Notes: generated by a model not told the origin, from the sequence alone. A stretch of 64,000 nucleotides of DNA from Chiloscyllium plagiosum (GCF_004010195.1 NC_057749.1:19027538-19091537); one strand, 5' to 3'; counted from the first letter of the stretch, positions 1 to 12,530 are shown. Numbers and translations: made by a program.

Positions 1-3000
1 TGATAACAATTACTGATAGTTTTTTATTTCAGATTTGGTTCACTGAATTTAAATTCCCAGCTATCAATTCTTAATAATTCTCCCTGTGGGATGTAGGTGT
101 CGCTGAAAATGCTTGAAATGTTTGCCCATTCCTAATTGCCCTTGAACTAAGTGACTTTCTTAGCCATTTCGGAGAGCAGTTAAGACTCGACCACACTTGC
201 TGTAGGTCTGGATTCACCAGGTAAGGATGGTATATTACCTTCCCTAAAGGACATTGTTTTTGCGACAATCAATGATTGGTTGCCAACATTTTATATTGTC
301 GTTGAATTAAAATTCTGGTAGTTACTATGGTGGGATTCAAACATGTGTCCCCAGGACATTAGCCTGGGCCTCTGAATTCCTAGTCCAAAGATATCACCAC
401 TACACAGTCATCTGCCCAAAGTAGTGGGATTTGAACTCATGTCTCCAGACTGTTACTCAAAACTTGTGGATTACCCCTATGTTCAAGTGACAGTACCACC
501 AAGCCCTTATTTTAACATAATAAAATGTGCCAGTGTACTTCATAGAAGTGTTTTGAACAAAATTTGCTGCTGAGCTGTATAAGATGTATTAGACAGGCAA
601 TTAATAGCTTGGATACAAAGATGTATTTTAAGCAGCATTTCAAAGAAAGTAGAAATACACAGGTTGAAGAAAGGGATAGAACCTACATTGCTGATAGTCA
701 CTAATCAAAGTTAACAAAAATAAGTGAGGGCTGCATAAGAGATTACAATTGAAGGAACTCTGAGATATTCAAAGGTTATAAGGCTGGAGAATATGGAAGT
801 GTTTGGGAGGGGCAAAGCTATGGATGCATTTGAACTGAGGATAGGTATCTTAAAACCAAGGCTTCGCCAGCCTGTGTCAATGCAGACCAGTGATTCCAGA
901 GATTGAGAGATTGAAACTTGGAGCAAGTTAAGAAACATGTACCAAGTTTGACATTACATTTCATTGTTGTGCGAAGATTGGGGAACTAGTCCCCACAGAT
1001 TCAACTTGCTTAACAGAGTCTAATTGAGAATGAGCATTGCACCAGTATCTTGTGTTTAGAGTGGAAAACCAGCTGCCTTGGCCCTATTACAGCCTTACGG
1101 ACTGATTTTTCAGGTCAGTTTATGATTGAAATCTGGCTTTGTTCAAATTGTTGGTGTAGCCAAGGGAGGTGATCCAGAAGTGTGCCATCAGCTGCATTTC
1201 TAAAGTATGAAAAGATTTTGTGATGTCCACAAAATATCTTCACACAATGGTGCCCGTTAATGTTGTAATGTGCTGATATTTTTATTCTTTGTTCAGAGAT
1301 GTTATGACACAAGTCTGGGGCAGATGAGACTTGAACCAGGGCCTCCTTGGCCAGTGGCAGGGACACTGCCACTACACCACAAGTCCCGCTGTGCAACCGT
1401 CAAAAATTGCTAAGTGATGAAAATTGGCTTTTGTATTAGATGATGACATTGCCTTTCGAGGCCAGAGGGTCTGTCCTTGACATATGTTTTAACATTGTCT
1501 GAACAGGTTGATTGAAGTTATCAACAATGACATTGCTTAATTGAAATCAATTTTAGAAGCATTTGTGTTAACCATGAAGAAAAAGTAGTTTGGGTTAGTA
1601 ATACGGAAAATAATTATACATCAGTCTTCTGTCATTCAGAGGCCTGACTATTTTTTTCATTTTTTTCACCCATTCAGGAGAGATTTCCATTATCATTGAA
1701 TGCTTAATGCATGATACTGAGATATATTGTGGAGATGTTATTAAATGAAAGCTTTGTAGCTATAAAACAAGTTTCAGCTGTTTGCTTCTCAGCCAGGTGA
1801 GGAGCATCATATGAAGATCAGAATTATAATGGTTAAGGCACAGTAACTGTATGGAACAATAGGCCTTTTCCTGGCTGCCATTTCTTTTGTATGTTCATTA
1901 ACTCTAAGAATAAGCATTAACTGTTCAATAACTGCTCAATTTGCGTGCAGAAAGATTGGGGATGGAGGAGGAGGAATTTGTTACACTTGTAGCAATATGT
2001 ATTCAGTAACCCATGAGAAGGAACTTACCTGTTAAAAGCTCACTATAGTAATTTTGGCAGGAATGAATGTCTAAAATTATATAAAGTTTAAAGATGCTTT
2101 GTATAAGTGAGTCCTACAGTTCCTGTCAAACGATATTGATTTATTGTAGTTACTACCAGTGGCAGTGAAATCCCAGTATAAACTGTACACAGAATCAGAC
2201 GTCTTGGATTTGAAGCAGCGTAAGAGTGCTGTTTACTTTTAGCCTGACTTTATCACTGAGAAGTAGTGGCTCCAGAGAGAAATCTTGGCATTAAAGGAAG
2301 TTGCTTTACGTCACTGTTTCCAAGTTATAAACAAACACTTCAACGTGTTTACACAGCGCTGACAGAACCAGTTAACCCAAATTATTTTTACTTTCTTTTT
2401 TACAAGCGACCTTCTCATTTTATATTCTTCACATTTAGAACCCTATAGTGCCAAAATTTGGAAGGCAGGTATCAAGCTTACACGTAAGCATCGGACTCTG
2501 CTTTGACTATGATGTGATTAACAATGGCCCATGTTTTAAAATTAAAATACAGCTGTTTGAATTTTACTAGGATGGATGCAGTTCTAAAGTTGTATGATGG
2601 AATGTTTCTTTTACTGTTTTCAGTGTATGGTTTGTTTAGTTTTGGCCCAGATTTTGCCCAAATAGAACCATGGAATGTCAAAGCTCAGAAGATAGTCATG
2701 TCAACTCTTTGTTCGAGCTATCCAATTGGTCCCCTTGTCAGGAGTTCTCCTTATAGCTTTTTAAAAAATATCCTTTGCAGTCAATTTCCTTCTGAAAGTT
2801 ACTGTTGAATCTGTTTGCATCATCCTTTCAGGCAGCAAATTTCTGAAACTTTCTAAACTTAAGTAATGAACAGTTGAGCCAGATATTCGCCTGTCTTGTT
2901 TGGTAAAGGTTTTTTTTCCAATGCAGGTCATTGATTTGTATGTAATCCATGGCTGCAGTTTGTAAGTTCTGTGGAGTTCTATATTTAACATTTACTTATT

Positions 3001-3892
3001 GTGTGGTTACACTGTGGTCAGTCCATGTTCAATAATCTTGGAAAGTGAACAATTAGGTTGCACTGTGTGGTTTAAGTTCAGGATAGTTTCTAATAGTAGT
3101 TGTGGTTACATGTAGAAGAAGATAGGAGCTGTTTGGCTTTATACATGATGTTCCAAGTTATTATGATGCATCCCACTTTTCTAATGAAATTAGTTGCTGC
3201 TAGATCCTAGAGGTATATGTCATCTTTTTAACCACACTTGAAAGAATTGATCTTGTTCTTTTGAATGGGCTGTGTGTAAGAAGGAGTTTGTCATGTTAAT
3301 CCATTTTGAACTACATTGAGAGGCCAGCAATCATCTTCAAATGCACTTATGATGATGTGGGAGAAATAATTCACTGGCACTAAAGGACTTTGTTGGCATT
3401 GATATTATGCCTTATCTCTCCTCAGATCTGAGTGCTCTATTTCCAAGTAATTACCTTTTGAGTTGTAGTCAATGTTCTTTGCAATTAAAGCTAGCTCCCA
3501 GTTTGAGAAATCAAGGTACTTGATCCTCTTTGTACAGTTCCACAGAAGCTTTGGTTTCACATTTCATCAAAAAGGCACCCCATCAGCCAATACACCTCTG
3601 TACTTACTGAAGTGTTGGCCCAGATTATGTGGCCTATGTTTCAAAGGTGCTTGAGGATATTGACACTTAATTCAAGAACAGTCATGATATTGCTTAGCCA
3701 AACCGATGCTGAAGTGAAGAAGTGACTGGAAAAGGAGAATTGGTTTTAGATACAACAGTCTACATGCTAGTACTGTCATGGCTTTATTTGTTTTTCAGGT
3801 TCTGGTTGCTTCTGGGCAAGTTATATGCCTCAGTATTGAAGGCCACCCTGTCAGAAGCTGCAGTCTAATCAAAGGCCTGAAACTTCTGAGTC

Positions 3893-4200
3893 AGGTTGTA
3901 GATTCATTTGCTGAGCGGATGTATTTTACTGCAGATGTTTCATCACCTCATTAGGTGACATTGTCAGTGCGCTTCTAGTGAAGCATTGGTGGTCTGACCC
4001 GTCTGGTACTTGTGTTTCCGTTTTCTGGGGTACTTTACATACCAGACACACACACATCAGGCTGCACAAACCAGCAACGCTGCACTGACAACGGGACCCA
4101 TCAAGGTAACGAAATGTCTGCAGAAAAACGCGTCAGGTTGGCGAACGAATCTACAACTTCACCCACAACCTAAGCGACAAGCCTTTTCAGAAAAACTCTT
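3893..4200. mobile_element. Fold-back Penelope-like element tail, family P3 (decayed)
   Basis: Imperfect inverted arms 3895-3970 / 4082-4157, each with a decayed hammerhead-like motif; 12-bp TSD AACTT(C/T)TGAGTC at 3881-3892 and 4201-4212. Confidence 0.75.
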
Positions 4201-4769
4201 AACTTTTGAGTCCTAGAGATTGTCACTAGAGCGTCGGGACTTAAATGATGCTTTGCTTTCAGGTCTCGTGAATGGGAGAAGGGAGTCTGAGACAAGACCA
4301 GTGAAGTATCCTTTAACAGCCAACCCCTTGCCCATCACTGCCTCGGAATAGAGGACAGCCTGAGCCCAGGAGGCTGTCCTACTTCTGCCTGCCTGCCATA
4401 AAAGCAGGCCAGTGATGAATTGTGGAATTCCCCACCACAGAAAGTGGCAGAGGCCAAACTGTTGTGTTTTCAAGGAGGAGGCTGAAGGGACCAAGGGAAA
4501 TGGGGTAGAGGTATTGAGCTCAATGATCAGCCGTGATCATATTGATTGGTGGAGCAGGCTTTAGGTGCCTACTGCTGCTCCTACTTCAGTTTATATGAAT
4601 TGAGACCCAGACGTGCCAGTAATTGATCATTTAAGGACCTTAAATGGTAGTAGATCAAGGAGGTCACCCGTGGACCTTGTTACCCAGCATTTCATTGCAG
4701 AGTGACAAATCTATCCAGGGCCAATTACCACAACAAGGAGGAGAAAATCATGCCCTTGATGTTGACTCA

Positions 4770-5112
4770 CTGTTGTAATGTAGGAATGTCATAGCCAATC
4801 ATGCAAAGCAAGCTCCTGCAGAAGTAATTTATCATGTGTTTTGTGATGTTGATTGAGAAATAATTATTGGCCAGGACACAAGAGATACTCCCACGGTCGA
4901 CTTCAAAATAATGTCATAGCATCAGTTAAATTTGCCTGAGGGAGAAAACAGGGCCTTGAGTTCACATCTCATCTGAAAAATGGCACTTCCAATGGTGCAG
5001 CACTTTCTCTGTACTGCAGGTCTAGATTATGTGCTCCAGACTGTAGGATGGATCACAAACACTCAACTATCTGACTCAGAGCTTAGAGTGCTACCCACTG
5101 AGCCACAGCTGC
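4770..5112 (-). mobile_element. Ancient DeuSINE (SacSINE1/AmnSINE1-like)
   Basis: Minus strand reads cagctgtggctcagtgggtagcact (tRNA-like head), then gcagtacagagaaagtgctgcaccattggaagtgccatttttcagatgagatgtgaac, resembling the Deu-domain. Confidence 0.65.
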
Positions 5113-5300
5113 CATCTGAACACCAACTGGCATCTGGTTTTAAGCTTATCGTGTAGATACCTGCAGCTTGGAGAATATAATTATCTGGTTGACAGAAAAA
5201 TACTTTTACCACCTCATAAGGAACAGTAATTGTGGTGTAAGCCAAGATGAGCTGAGTCCCATTGTCCTTCATTGATTTTATCCTGTGACTGTTTGAACCA

Positions 5301-5944
5301 GAGCTTAAAAATGTGTTGCTGGAAAAGCGCAGCAGGTCAGGCAGCATCAAAGGAGAAGGAGAATCGACGTTTCAGGCATACACTGGGGAGACAGGCTGCC
5401 TACTTGCGCAATGTTTCAGAGAATACCTCTGGGACACCCGCACCAACCAACCCAACCGCCCCCATGGCGGAACACTTTAACTTCCCCTCTCACTCCTCCA
5501 AGGACATGCAGGTCTTTGGCCTCCTCCATCGCCAGACCATGGCAACACGACGCCTGGAGGAAGAGCGCCTCATCTTCCGCCTAGGAACCCTCCAATCACA
5601 AGGGATGAATGCAGATTTCTCCAGCTTCCTCATTTCCCCTCCCCCCACCTTTTCTCAGTCCCAACCCTCGGACTCAGCACCTCCTTCTTGACCTGCAATC
5701 CTCTTCCCGACCTCTCCGCACCCCCACACCCCCCACTCCGGCCTAACACCCTCAACTTAACCTCCTTCCACTGATCGCATTCCCAACGCCCCTCCCCAAG
5801 TCCCTCCTCCCTACCTTTTATCTTAGCCTGCTTGGCACACCTTTCTCATTCCTGAAGAAGGGCTTATGCCTGAAATGTCGATTCTCCTGTTCCTTGGATG
5901 CTGCCTGACCTGCTGCGCTTTTCCAGCAACACATTTTTCAGCTC
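5301..5944 (+). mobile_element. 5'-truncated Penelope-like retroelement, family P1: C-terminal GIY-YIG endonuclease fragment plus inverted tail
   Basis: YTGETG...FRE then, after a frameshift, MAEHFN...RRLEEERLIFRLGTLQSQGMN; 80-bp inverted terminal arms 5301-5380 / 5865-5944. Confidence 0.88.
5849..5881 (+). ncRNA. Minimal hammerhead ribozyme-like motif (PLE type; palindrome decayed ACGT>ATGT)
   Basis: TTC-CTGAAGA-A-GGGC ttat GCCT-GAA-ATGT-C-GA. Confidence 0.55.
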
Positions 5945-6126
5945 ATTTCGTAAGATTAGTCTAGATCTTCAATGCTTCTTGACTTTTGGTGATTTACTTC
6001 TTTTTGGTCAGTTGAATTGCTGCTGTGCACAAAATCTGTCAAAATCGAAGACAACTTGTGTTTTTGTAGCACCTGATAGGTAATAAAACATCCCAAGATG
6101 CTTTGTTGGAGCATGTCAAACAAACA

Positions 6127-6604
6127 TTGAAAGGGTTCAGAAAGGATTTACAAGGATGTTGCCAGGGTTGGAGGATTGGAGCTATAGGGAGAGGCTGAAT
6201 AGGCTGGAGCTGTTTTCCCTGGAAAGTCAGAGACTGAGGGGTGACCTTAGAGGCTATAAGGCATGAATAGGGTAAATAGATAAGGTCTTTTCCCTGGGTT
6301 GTGGGATTCTAGAACTAGAGGCCATAGGTTTAGGGTGAGAGGGGTAAGATTTAAAAGGAACCTAAAGAGGCAACCTTTTCATGCACAGGGTGGTGCGTGT
6401 ATAGAATAAGCTGCCAGAGGAATTGGTAGAGGCTGGTCCAATTACAACATTTTAAAAGGCATCTGGATGGGTATATGAATAGGTAGGGTTTAGAGGGATA
6501 GGGGCCAAATGCTGACAAATGGGACTAGATTAGGTTAGGATATCTGGTTGGCATGGATGAGTTGGACCGAAGGGTCTACTTCCATGCTGTACATCTCCAT
6601 GACT
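6127..6604 (+). mobile_element. CR1/HER1-type LINE 3' fragment
   Basis: ERVQKGFTRMLPGLE-like RT C-terminus; 3' tail ...catgctgtacatctccatgact. Confidence 0.9.
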
Positions 6605-7935
6605 GTGTTCAAGAGTCTGTAAATCAGAGTGTATGAAATCTATACTTATAGGCTTCTATTTGTCTGATATGGGCTGTTGCCCATCCCACCTGCCCTGATC
6701 AGGATAGCTTACACATGAGTTGGAAGAGCAAATGTTTATGAACTTTGAAGTATACTCTGCAATGCTGCTGGAATTTGACCAACATAAGTGCTGCTTGCCC
6801 TTTTTGAACACTCTACTCAGTCTCAGTAGGCAATACCCTTTTAACTGTTTAGCAAGGCAAGCTGACTGTTCTACCTGGTTTAGGTATAACAGTTATCTGG
6901 TTCTGAGCACCATATCACTTTGTGCATTCTTGGCTTCAAAGAGATGGATCAGAAACCATGAGGTACAAGATCAAAACAACTGATTTACTGTAGCTGAATT
7001 GGTGAAAATCTGATTTTATTGTTCAAAATGTAAGAATTACTGCGGTGTTTTTAGATTTCTTATTGCACCTTCAACTGGAACTCTGAAACTTAATAACACC
7101 CAATTTGAGTGAGGGACTTACAATATATAGAACTGTATGGATTACAAATAAATGTACAAAACAGTGGAAGTAACCAAATTGAAACTGCAACATCTCACAA
7201 TTTGAGATAAAATCAGAAGTGTGCGGGAAAGGGGAAATAAGACCCTTGGAGGACTGTAGTCAATGAAAGAATTTTTAAAACTATTTTAATTGTCACAAGC
7301 CAGCATCAGCCCCATAGCTATCATTATCATCGAACTCGTTGTTGGATTGGTTTAACATTGTAATTATTCTAAAGCACTGCCGACCGTCACAGGGTCAGCT
7401 AAGAACAGATATGTTTGAAATACTGTCCAAATATTATAACACCTAGTAAAACTTTAATGAAGTGGAGATGTAACCCTCCAGCTTTAAGGATCTAAATTCA
7501 TAGGTTGCTATTCATTTGGAGCTATTCATTGTCCTTTGACAGGACCTGGCAGAAACTTTTACAGAATTACACCAAAAAATAAGCCGCTACATGTGCAGCT
7601 GATTTATCCATACACAATAGAAACCACAAGAACCCAATTTTTAAGTAATCTCTCAATCTTTTTGACCTCTTTGTGTAAGACTTGCAGATTCTAATCACAT
7701 TCTAAAATGATCGGGCCTTTCTATAGAATAGGGGAAAATTGTTTGTTTTCAGCTACTGTGGCCTGTTCCCTGGTAGCTGGTTCAGAATGCTATTGGCAGA
7801 GACCTCCAGCAAAGAACAAGCCTATAATTCTCAGAATTAGGGTTTATGATAGAGAATGGAAAATGGAAGGGAGTGGGTTTAATCCTCTTAGTCAAAGATG
7901 GTTGTTCTCTAACAGTGTCTTTCCTTTCCATATAG

Positions 7936-8026
7936 ACAGCCCTATAACCAGCAGAAGAATCGATATGGGGATGTGTTGTGCTTGGACCAAACTAGAGTGA
8001 AGTTGAAATCCCTCAATCATGATGAG
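7936..8026 (+). CDS. ptpn9: ptpn9 coding exon (equivalent to human exon 8): QPYNQQKNRYGDVLCLDQTRVKLKSLNHDE, with the PTP KNRY motif
   Basis: Acceptor tttccatatag|A, donor GAG|gtaaga; 91 nt, phase 2 to phase 0. Translation matches PTP-MEG2 KNRYGDVPCLDQTRVKL. An alternative CAG acceptor 4 nt downstream (7937-7939) cannot be excluded from sequence alone. Confidence 0.92.
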
Positions 8027-9039
8027 GTAAGAGAAGATTCAAGTGGGTATGACTTTTAAAATTTCAGTCATCCCACACAGATATTTATTCCCCTCCAAAC
8101 TACTGCTCTAACTTTGTCTTTTAGATATCCAGGGTATATCGGCCTTAATCGTTATGTGGACTAGCTGCCAAGGTTTGATCTGCTGTTCAGTGATCTGTGG
8201 TAATGCTAGTATTTCCTGGCCTAGTGTTGTCACTGTAGACAAGAGAAACCCTCTACTGAGTTCAGATGAGACCCAGCTTCAAACCTGACATCTCTGTTTG
8301 GATACTTAGCATTCTTGGCAATTTTGAGTATTTGTAAATGTTGCTGCCTGTGATGCCCATGGTAAAGTACCGACAAAAACCAAATCAGTGAGATATTAAA
8401 TTTATATTAATATCACAGAATGGTTTTAATTAATGATCATAGATCACAAGGAAACATTGTTTCAGTGTTTTTTACTCTCTTTACTGCAAAGGATAGACTG
8501 CATTTTTCTAGATAACAATTGCATGCCCTTCTGTCTCTGTCTATCTGTCTCTGTAGCTTGTTTCTAGTTCCATCCTGATTAGTTAGCTGAGAACCAATCA
8601 GCCTCACTTTTAAACAGTTCCTCACCACTTGATCATCTATGCATTGCAGAAGAAGACACCCATAGCCACAAAAATAATAGAATTTACAACAGGTATTGAA
8701 CTCCTCACTCTGAAATTATGCAGCCATCCTCATAAATCTCTGTTTTCAAAAACAACTTTTTTTTTTCTTTCCAATCCACAGATTTTAAAGGCAAAAATAA
8801 AAAGCCTCAGATCTTCCAATTAGATTGCTGAGAGGCCCTGGGAGTTTAATCAAAGCTTAGAGCTATCCATGACCCACTTCTTTTTCCCTGTAATTGGGAC
8901 TTGGAGGAGCAGTGAGAATGCTTGGGAATTCTCAGTATTTTGAAACTGATTAAACAGGAACAGGTGTTCATTTATTTCATGTTAGAATTACCTTTTAAGT
9001 ATTCCTGAAGACTAATGTGAAGGTGGGAACTAATAAAAA

Positions 9040-9680
9040 CAGGAAGCACTGGAGAAACTCAGCAGATCTGACATCTGTGGAGACAGAAAGAGTTAATATT
9101 TTGAGTCTCTTCAAGAGCTTGAAAAGTTAACTCTATTTCTCTCTCCACAGATGCTGCCAGCTCTGCTGAGTTGCTCCAGTATTTTCAGTTTTTATGTCAG
9201 ATTTCCAGCTCATTGGGAGGTTATTGTCTTGCAATAATGAGATTTTTCTGAGTGTAAGCTCGCATTTGAAAGAAAAGCCTCTGATGTAGTCAAAGGACAG
9301 AGCTTACGAATAATTCATAAAGTCAGCAGACATCCCAGAGTACCCCCAGACCGACCATAAGCTGTTTTTAAAATTACAGTCGCTGTTGCTACAGAGGTAC
9401 ATGCAGCAGCTTTTTAAAGCCCCACATGCAGCCAAAATGGTGAATGAAAAGAATATAAAAAGCTGCAGGTATTGGAAAACTAAAATAAAAACAGAAAATG
9501 CTGAAAGCATTCAGCAGGTCTGGCAGCATCTGTGGAGAGAAGAAACCATGTTAATGTTTCAAATCAAAGGCCTTTCATCTGAACTGTCAGAGGAGGAGGT
9601 CTGCAAGCTGATGTATCAACTCTGTTCCTCAATGCAGATATTGCCTCACTTGACTGTTTCCAGCATTTTCAGCTTTTAAT
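9040..9680. mobile_element. Two old, degraded P1-related fold-back tails (about 9040-9210 and 9460-9680)
   Basis: Inverted arms such as ctggagaaactcagcaga...tctgctgagttgctccag and cagaaaatgctg...cagcattttcag. Similar relics at about 15490-15710, 23105-23240, 37975-38050 and 53940-54070. Confidence 0.6.
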
Positions 9681-9734
9681 TCATTGAGTTGAATGGCTAA
9701 TGTACCAATTTAAAGCCTGGACAAGTGATACAGA

Positions 9735-10046
9735 GATTAGATTAGATTCCCGAACGTGGAAACAGGCCCTTCGGCCCAACCAGTCCACACTGACCCTCTG
9801 AAGAGCAACCCACCCAGACCCATTCCCCTGACTAATCCACCTAACACTATGGGCAATTTAGAATGGCCAGTTCCCCTGACCCGCACATCTTTGGACTGTG
9901 GGAGGAAACCGGAGCACCCGGAGGAAACCCACACAGACACGGGGAGAATGTGCAAACTCCACACAGAGTTGTCCAAGACGGGAATTGAACCCAGGTCCCT
10001 GGCGCTGTGAGACAGCAGTGCTAACCACTGAGCCACCGTGCCACCC
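9735..10046 (-). mobile_element. HE1-type V-SINE
   Basis: Minus strand has a tRNA-like head ggcacggtggctcagtggttagcactg, V-domain tgtggagtttgcacattctccccgtgtctg, and a CR1-like tail gggccgaagggcctgtttccac. Confidence 0.92.
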
Positions 10047-10446
10047 TGAAATGCAAGTTCAAAACCCATCAAGGCAGCTGGGAAAACTTAATCTAGGTAA
10101 ATGCTAAATGACTCTTAACTACCTATTGAAGTGGCCTAGCAAGCCACTCAGTTGTATAGTGTTGGGCTGTAAATCCTGGCATCAGGACAATGGATCACCT
10201 CAAGAAATGGCTTCCTGTGCCTCTGGTGTCAGCTGGAGACAGATTGGTGATTATTTGCTGCCTTTCCACTTGGCACCAAGCATACAGAGAAATACTTGCG
10301 GATCGTGAGAGTGCAGTCACTGTTTTCAGATGGGTGGCAGGCAGTTACGCAGCTTGATCTGAAGTACATTTGGAGGCAAGTAATGGTGAAATATACAATG
10401 CCCACACAGAAATCCAGAATAACCAAGCTTTATTTTGTGTTTCAAT

Positions 10447-10798
10447 AACTATAGGAAAGATGTTGTGAAACTTGAAAGGGTCCAGAAAAGATTTACAAGG
10501 ATGTTGCCAGGCTTGGAGAGTTTGAGCTGCAGGGAGAAGATGTATAGGCTGGGGCTGTTTTCCCTGGAGTATTGGAGGCTGTGGAGTGACCTTCGTGTAT
10601 GGAATGAGCTGCCAGAGGAAGTGGTGAAGGCTGGTACAATTACAACATTTAAAAGCATCTGAATGGGTATGTGAATAGGAAGGGTTTAGAGGGCTATGGG
10701 CCAAGTGCTGGCAAATGGGACTAGGCTAATTTAGGATATCTGGTCGATATGGACAAGTTGGACTGAAGGGTGTTTCCATGCTGCACATCTCTATGACT
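10447..10798 (+). mobile_element. CR1/HER1-type LINE 3' fragment with internal deletion
   Basis: YRKDVVKLERVQKRFTRMLPGLE; tail ...catctctatgact. Confidence 0.9.
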
Positions 10799-11279
10799 GC
10801 AAATCTTCTTTATATAATACTCTCAGTTTAAAAAGTCCCTATTTCACATCTGGTAGTCTGTCATGGAACCTATCTTCCTGACTGACAACAATTTGTATGT
10901 TATCTTTAATGTAGCAAAACATCCCCAGGTGTTTCGCAATAGTGTTCTTAGATAAAATCTGACACCCATAACAAGATATTCGGAGAGTTTGGTCAAAAAA
11001 ATATGTTTAATCAGCAACTTGAAGGAGAAATGTGTGCCTGAGAAACAGAGATTTTAAGCGAATTCCAGAGCTTAGGTTTCAGGCAGCTGAAGGTGCAGCT
11101 TCATAGTCTGAGATATAAACAGGAGGCTAGAATTGGAAGAATGCAAGGATCCTGAAGGGCTCAGGAGATTACCAATAGGGAGAGAGCATGGATGGATTTG
11201 ACAACGGGCTTGCAAGTGGATATTACTTTGCTCTGTAAATTTGAAGGGCGTTTCCTACAACAAGACCTCCCATAAATAC

Positions 11280-11505
11280 GATAGTAGTCATGATTTGGAG
11301 ATGCCGGTGTTGGACTGGGGTGTACAAAGTTAAAAGTCACACAACACCAGGTTATAGTCCAACAGGTTTAATTGGAAGCATACTAGCTTTCGGAGCGACG
11401 CTCCTTCATGGACAACTACCTGATGAAGGAGCTTCGCTCCGAAAGCTAGTGTGCTTCCAATTAAACATGTTGGACTATAACCTGGTGTTGTGTGACTTTT
11501 AACTT
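11280..11505. mobile_element. Fold-back Penelope-like tail element, family P2
   Basis: 84-bp arms 11326-11409 / 11423-11506 with 3 mismatches; 12-bp TSD TCCCATAAATAC at 11268-11279 and 11506-11517. Confidence 0.88.
11417..11451 (+). ncRNA. Minimal type I hammerhead ribozyme motif, intact core
   Basis: TAC-CTGATGA-A-GGAGC ttc GCTCC-GAA-AGCT-A-GTG: 3-bp helix I (UAC/GUG), 5-bp helix II, palindromic AGCU in place of helix III, CUA triplet. Confidence 0.7.
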
Positions 11506-12244
11506 TCCCATAAATACAGTACAGACAACCTAAATATTGCACTTTTCCATAAGGTACTCCACAGATTGCAATAAGTACAAGATGGCACCACGATTTCATG
11601 ATTACAGGAACTAAACTGGCATCATCATACTGTATTTTGAAATGGAGAGTGGTGAAGAAACAGGGAAGTTAAAGGAACACCAGAGCTGGTCTTGTCCAGT
11701 GTACTCTGAGACTGCGATCTGTCAAGCCACCTCATTGTGTGATGCACAGAGCAAACTGATTGTTTGCTTATTTTAACGCATCAGCTGCTACCTTTTGTAA
11801 ATATTCACTTAGTTGCTTTTTATGTTTTATAAAATTATTCCTTAGATCTTTACTTGCCTTTTGTTTTGCTTAACATCAGTTCATAATCAACTCAGTACAA
11901 TTAATCTTGAATCTATTTTCCTATTTCTGCAGTTACTAATTATTTAAATTGCAGAAATAAGTGAGACCAACATCTTTCTGTCTTGCGTGTCTGCATTTCC
12001 TCTCCAGAAGCCAAAACATGTTCCCAGTTTCTTGTTGCTGCCTTTGAGTTTCAAGTTTTCACACTTGTTGCTGCTGACAGTTGGGATTTCCCTCTGACCA
12101 GCGAAGGCATTGTGCTATACTGCTTGTCTGTTTTTACCAGAAGTGATCCAGGAGAGTGAGGTTAGCGGGTTCTCAGTCAAGTTTGTGACCTTTTTAAATC
12201 TGTCTTTCCTGTCTTTGTTTCTTTTGGTCGTTTACCTGGGATTG

Positions 12245-12530
12245 TGTCGGTCCTGGGCCTCCTTCACTGCCGCTCCCTCACCACCGCTCCCTCACCACCA
12301 GATGCCTGGAGGAAGAACGCCTCATCTTCCGCCTCGGAACACTTCAACCCCAGGGCATCAATGTGGACTTCAACAGNNNNNNCAGGCTCTCTGCCTTTAT
12401 TCCTGATGAAGGGCTTTTGCCCGAAAGGTCGATTTTGCTGCTCCTTGGATGCTGCCTGAACTGCTGTGCTCTTCCAGCACCACTAATCCAGAATCTGGTT
12501 TCCAGCATCTGCAGTCATTGTTTTTACCTC
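12245..12530 (+). mobile_element. Penelope-like element 3' end (P1): GIY-YIG C-terminus plus tail, spanning a small gap
   Basis: LEEERLIFRLGTLQPQGINVDF; tail contains TTC-CTGATGA-A-GGGC tttt GCCC-GAA-AGGT-C-GA at 12400-12432. Confidence 0.85.

Noticed and set aside
1..7935. Upstream ptpn9 exons (Sec14/CRAL-TRIO domain and linker)
   Set aside because: No ORF or splice-bounded segment resembling them was found; they are presumably 5' of the window.
9975..10046. tRNA genes at SINE heads (also about 1310-1385, 14480-14560 and 39460-39535)
   Set aside because: tRNA-derived SINE 5' regions that run into SINE bodies or are degenerate; no complete cloverleaf could be supported.
9756..10107. Recurrent ORFs such as …TSLDCGRKPEHPEETH… (also 23910 and 39996)
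   Set aside because: Translations of HE1 SINE sequence, not proteins.
11290..11599. Near-identical peptides on opposite strands (…KVKSHTTPGYSPT…LDYNLVLCDF)
   Set aside because: A consequence of the DNA palindrome, not a duplicated gene. The same applies to ORF pairs 5063/5898 and 15884/15954.
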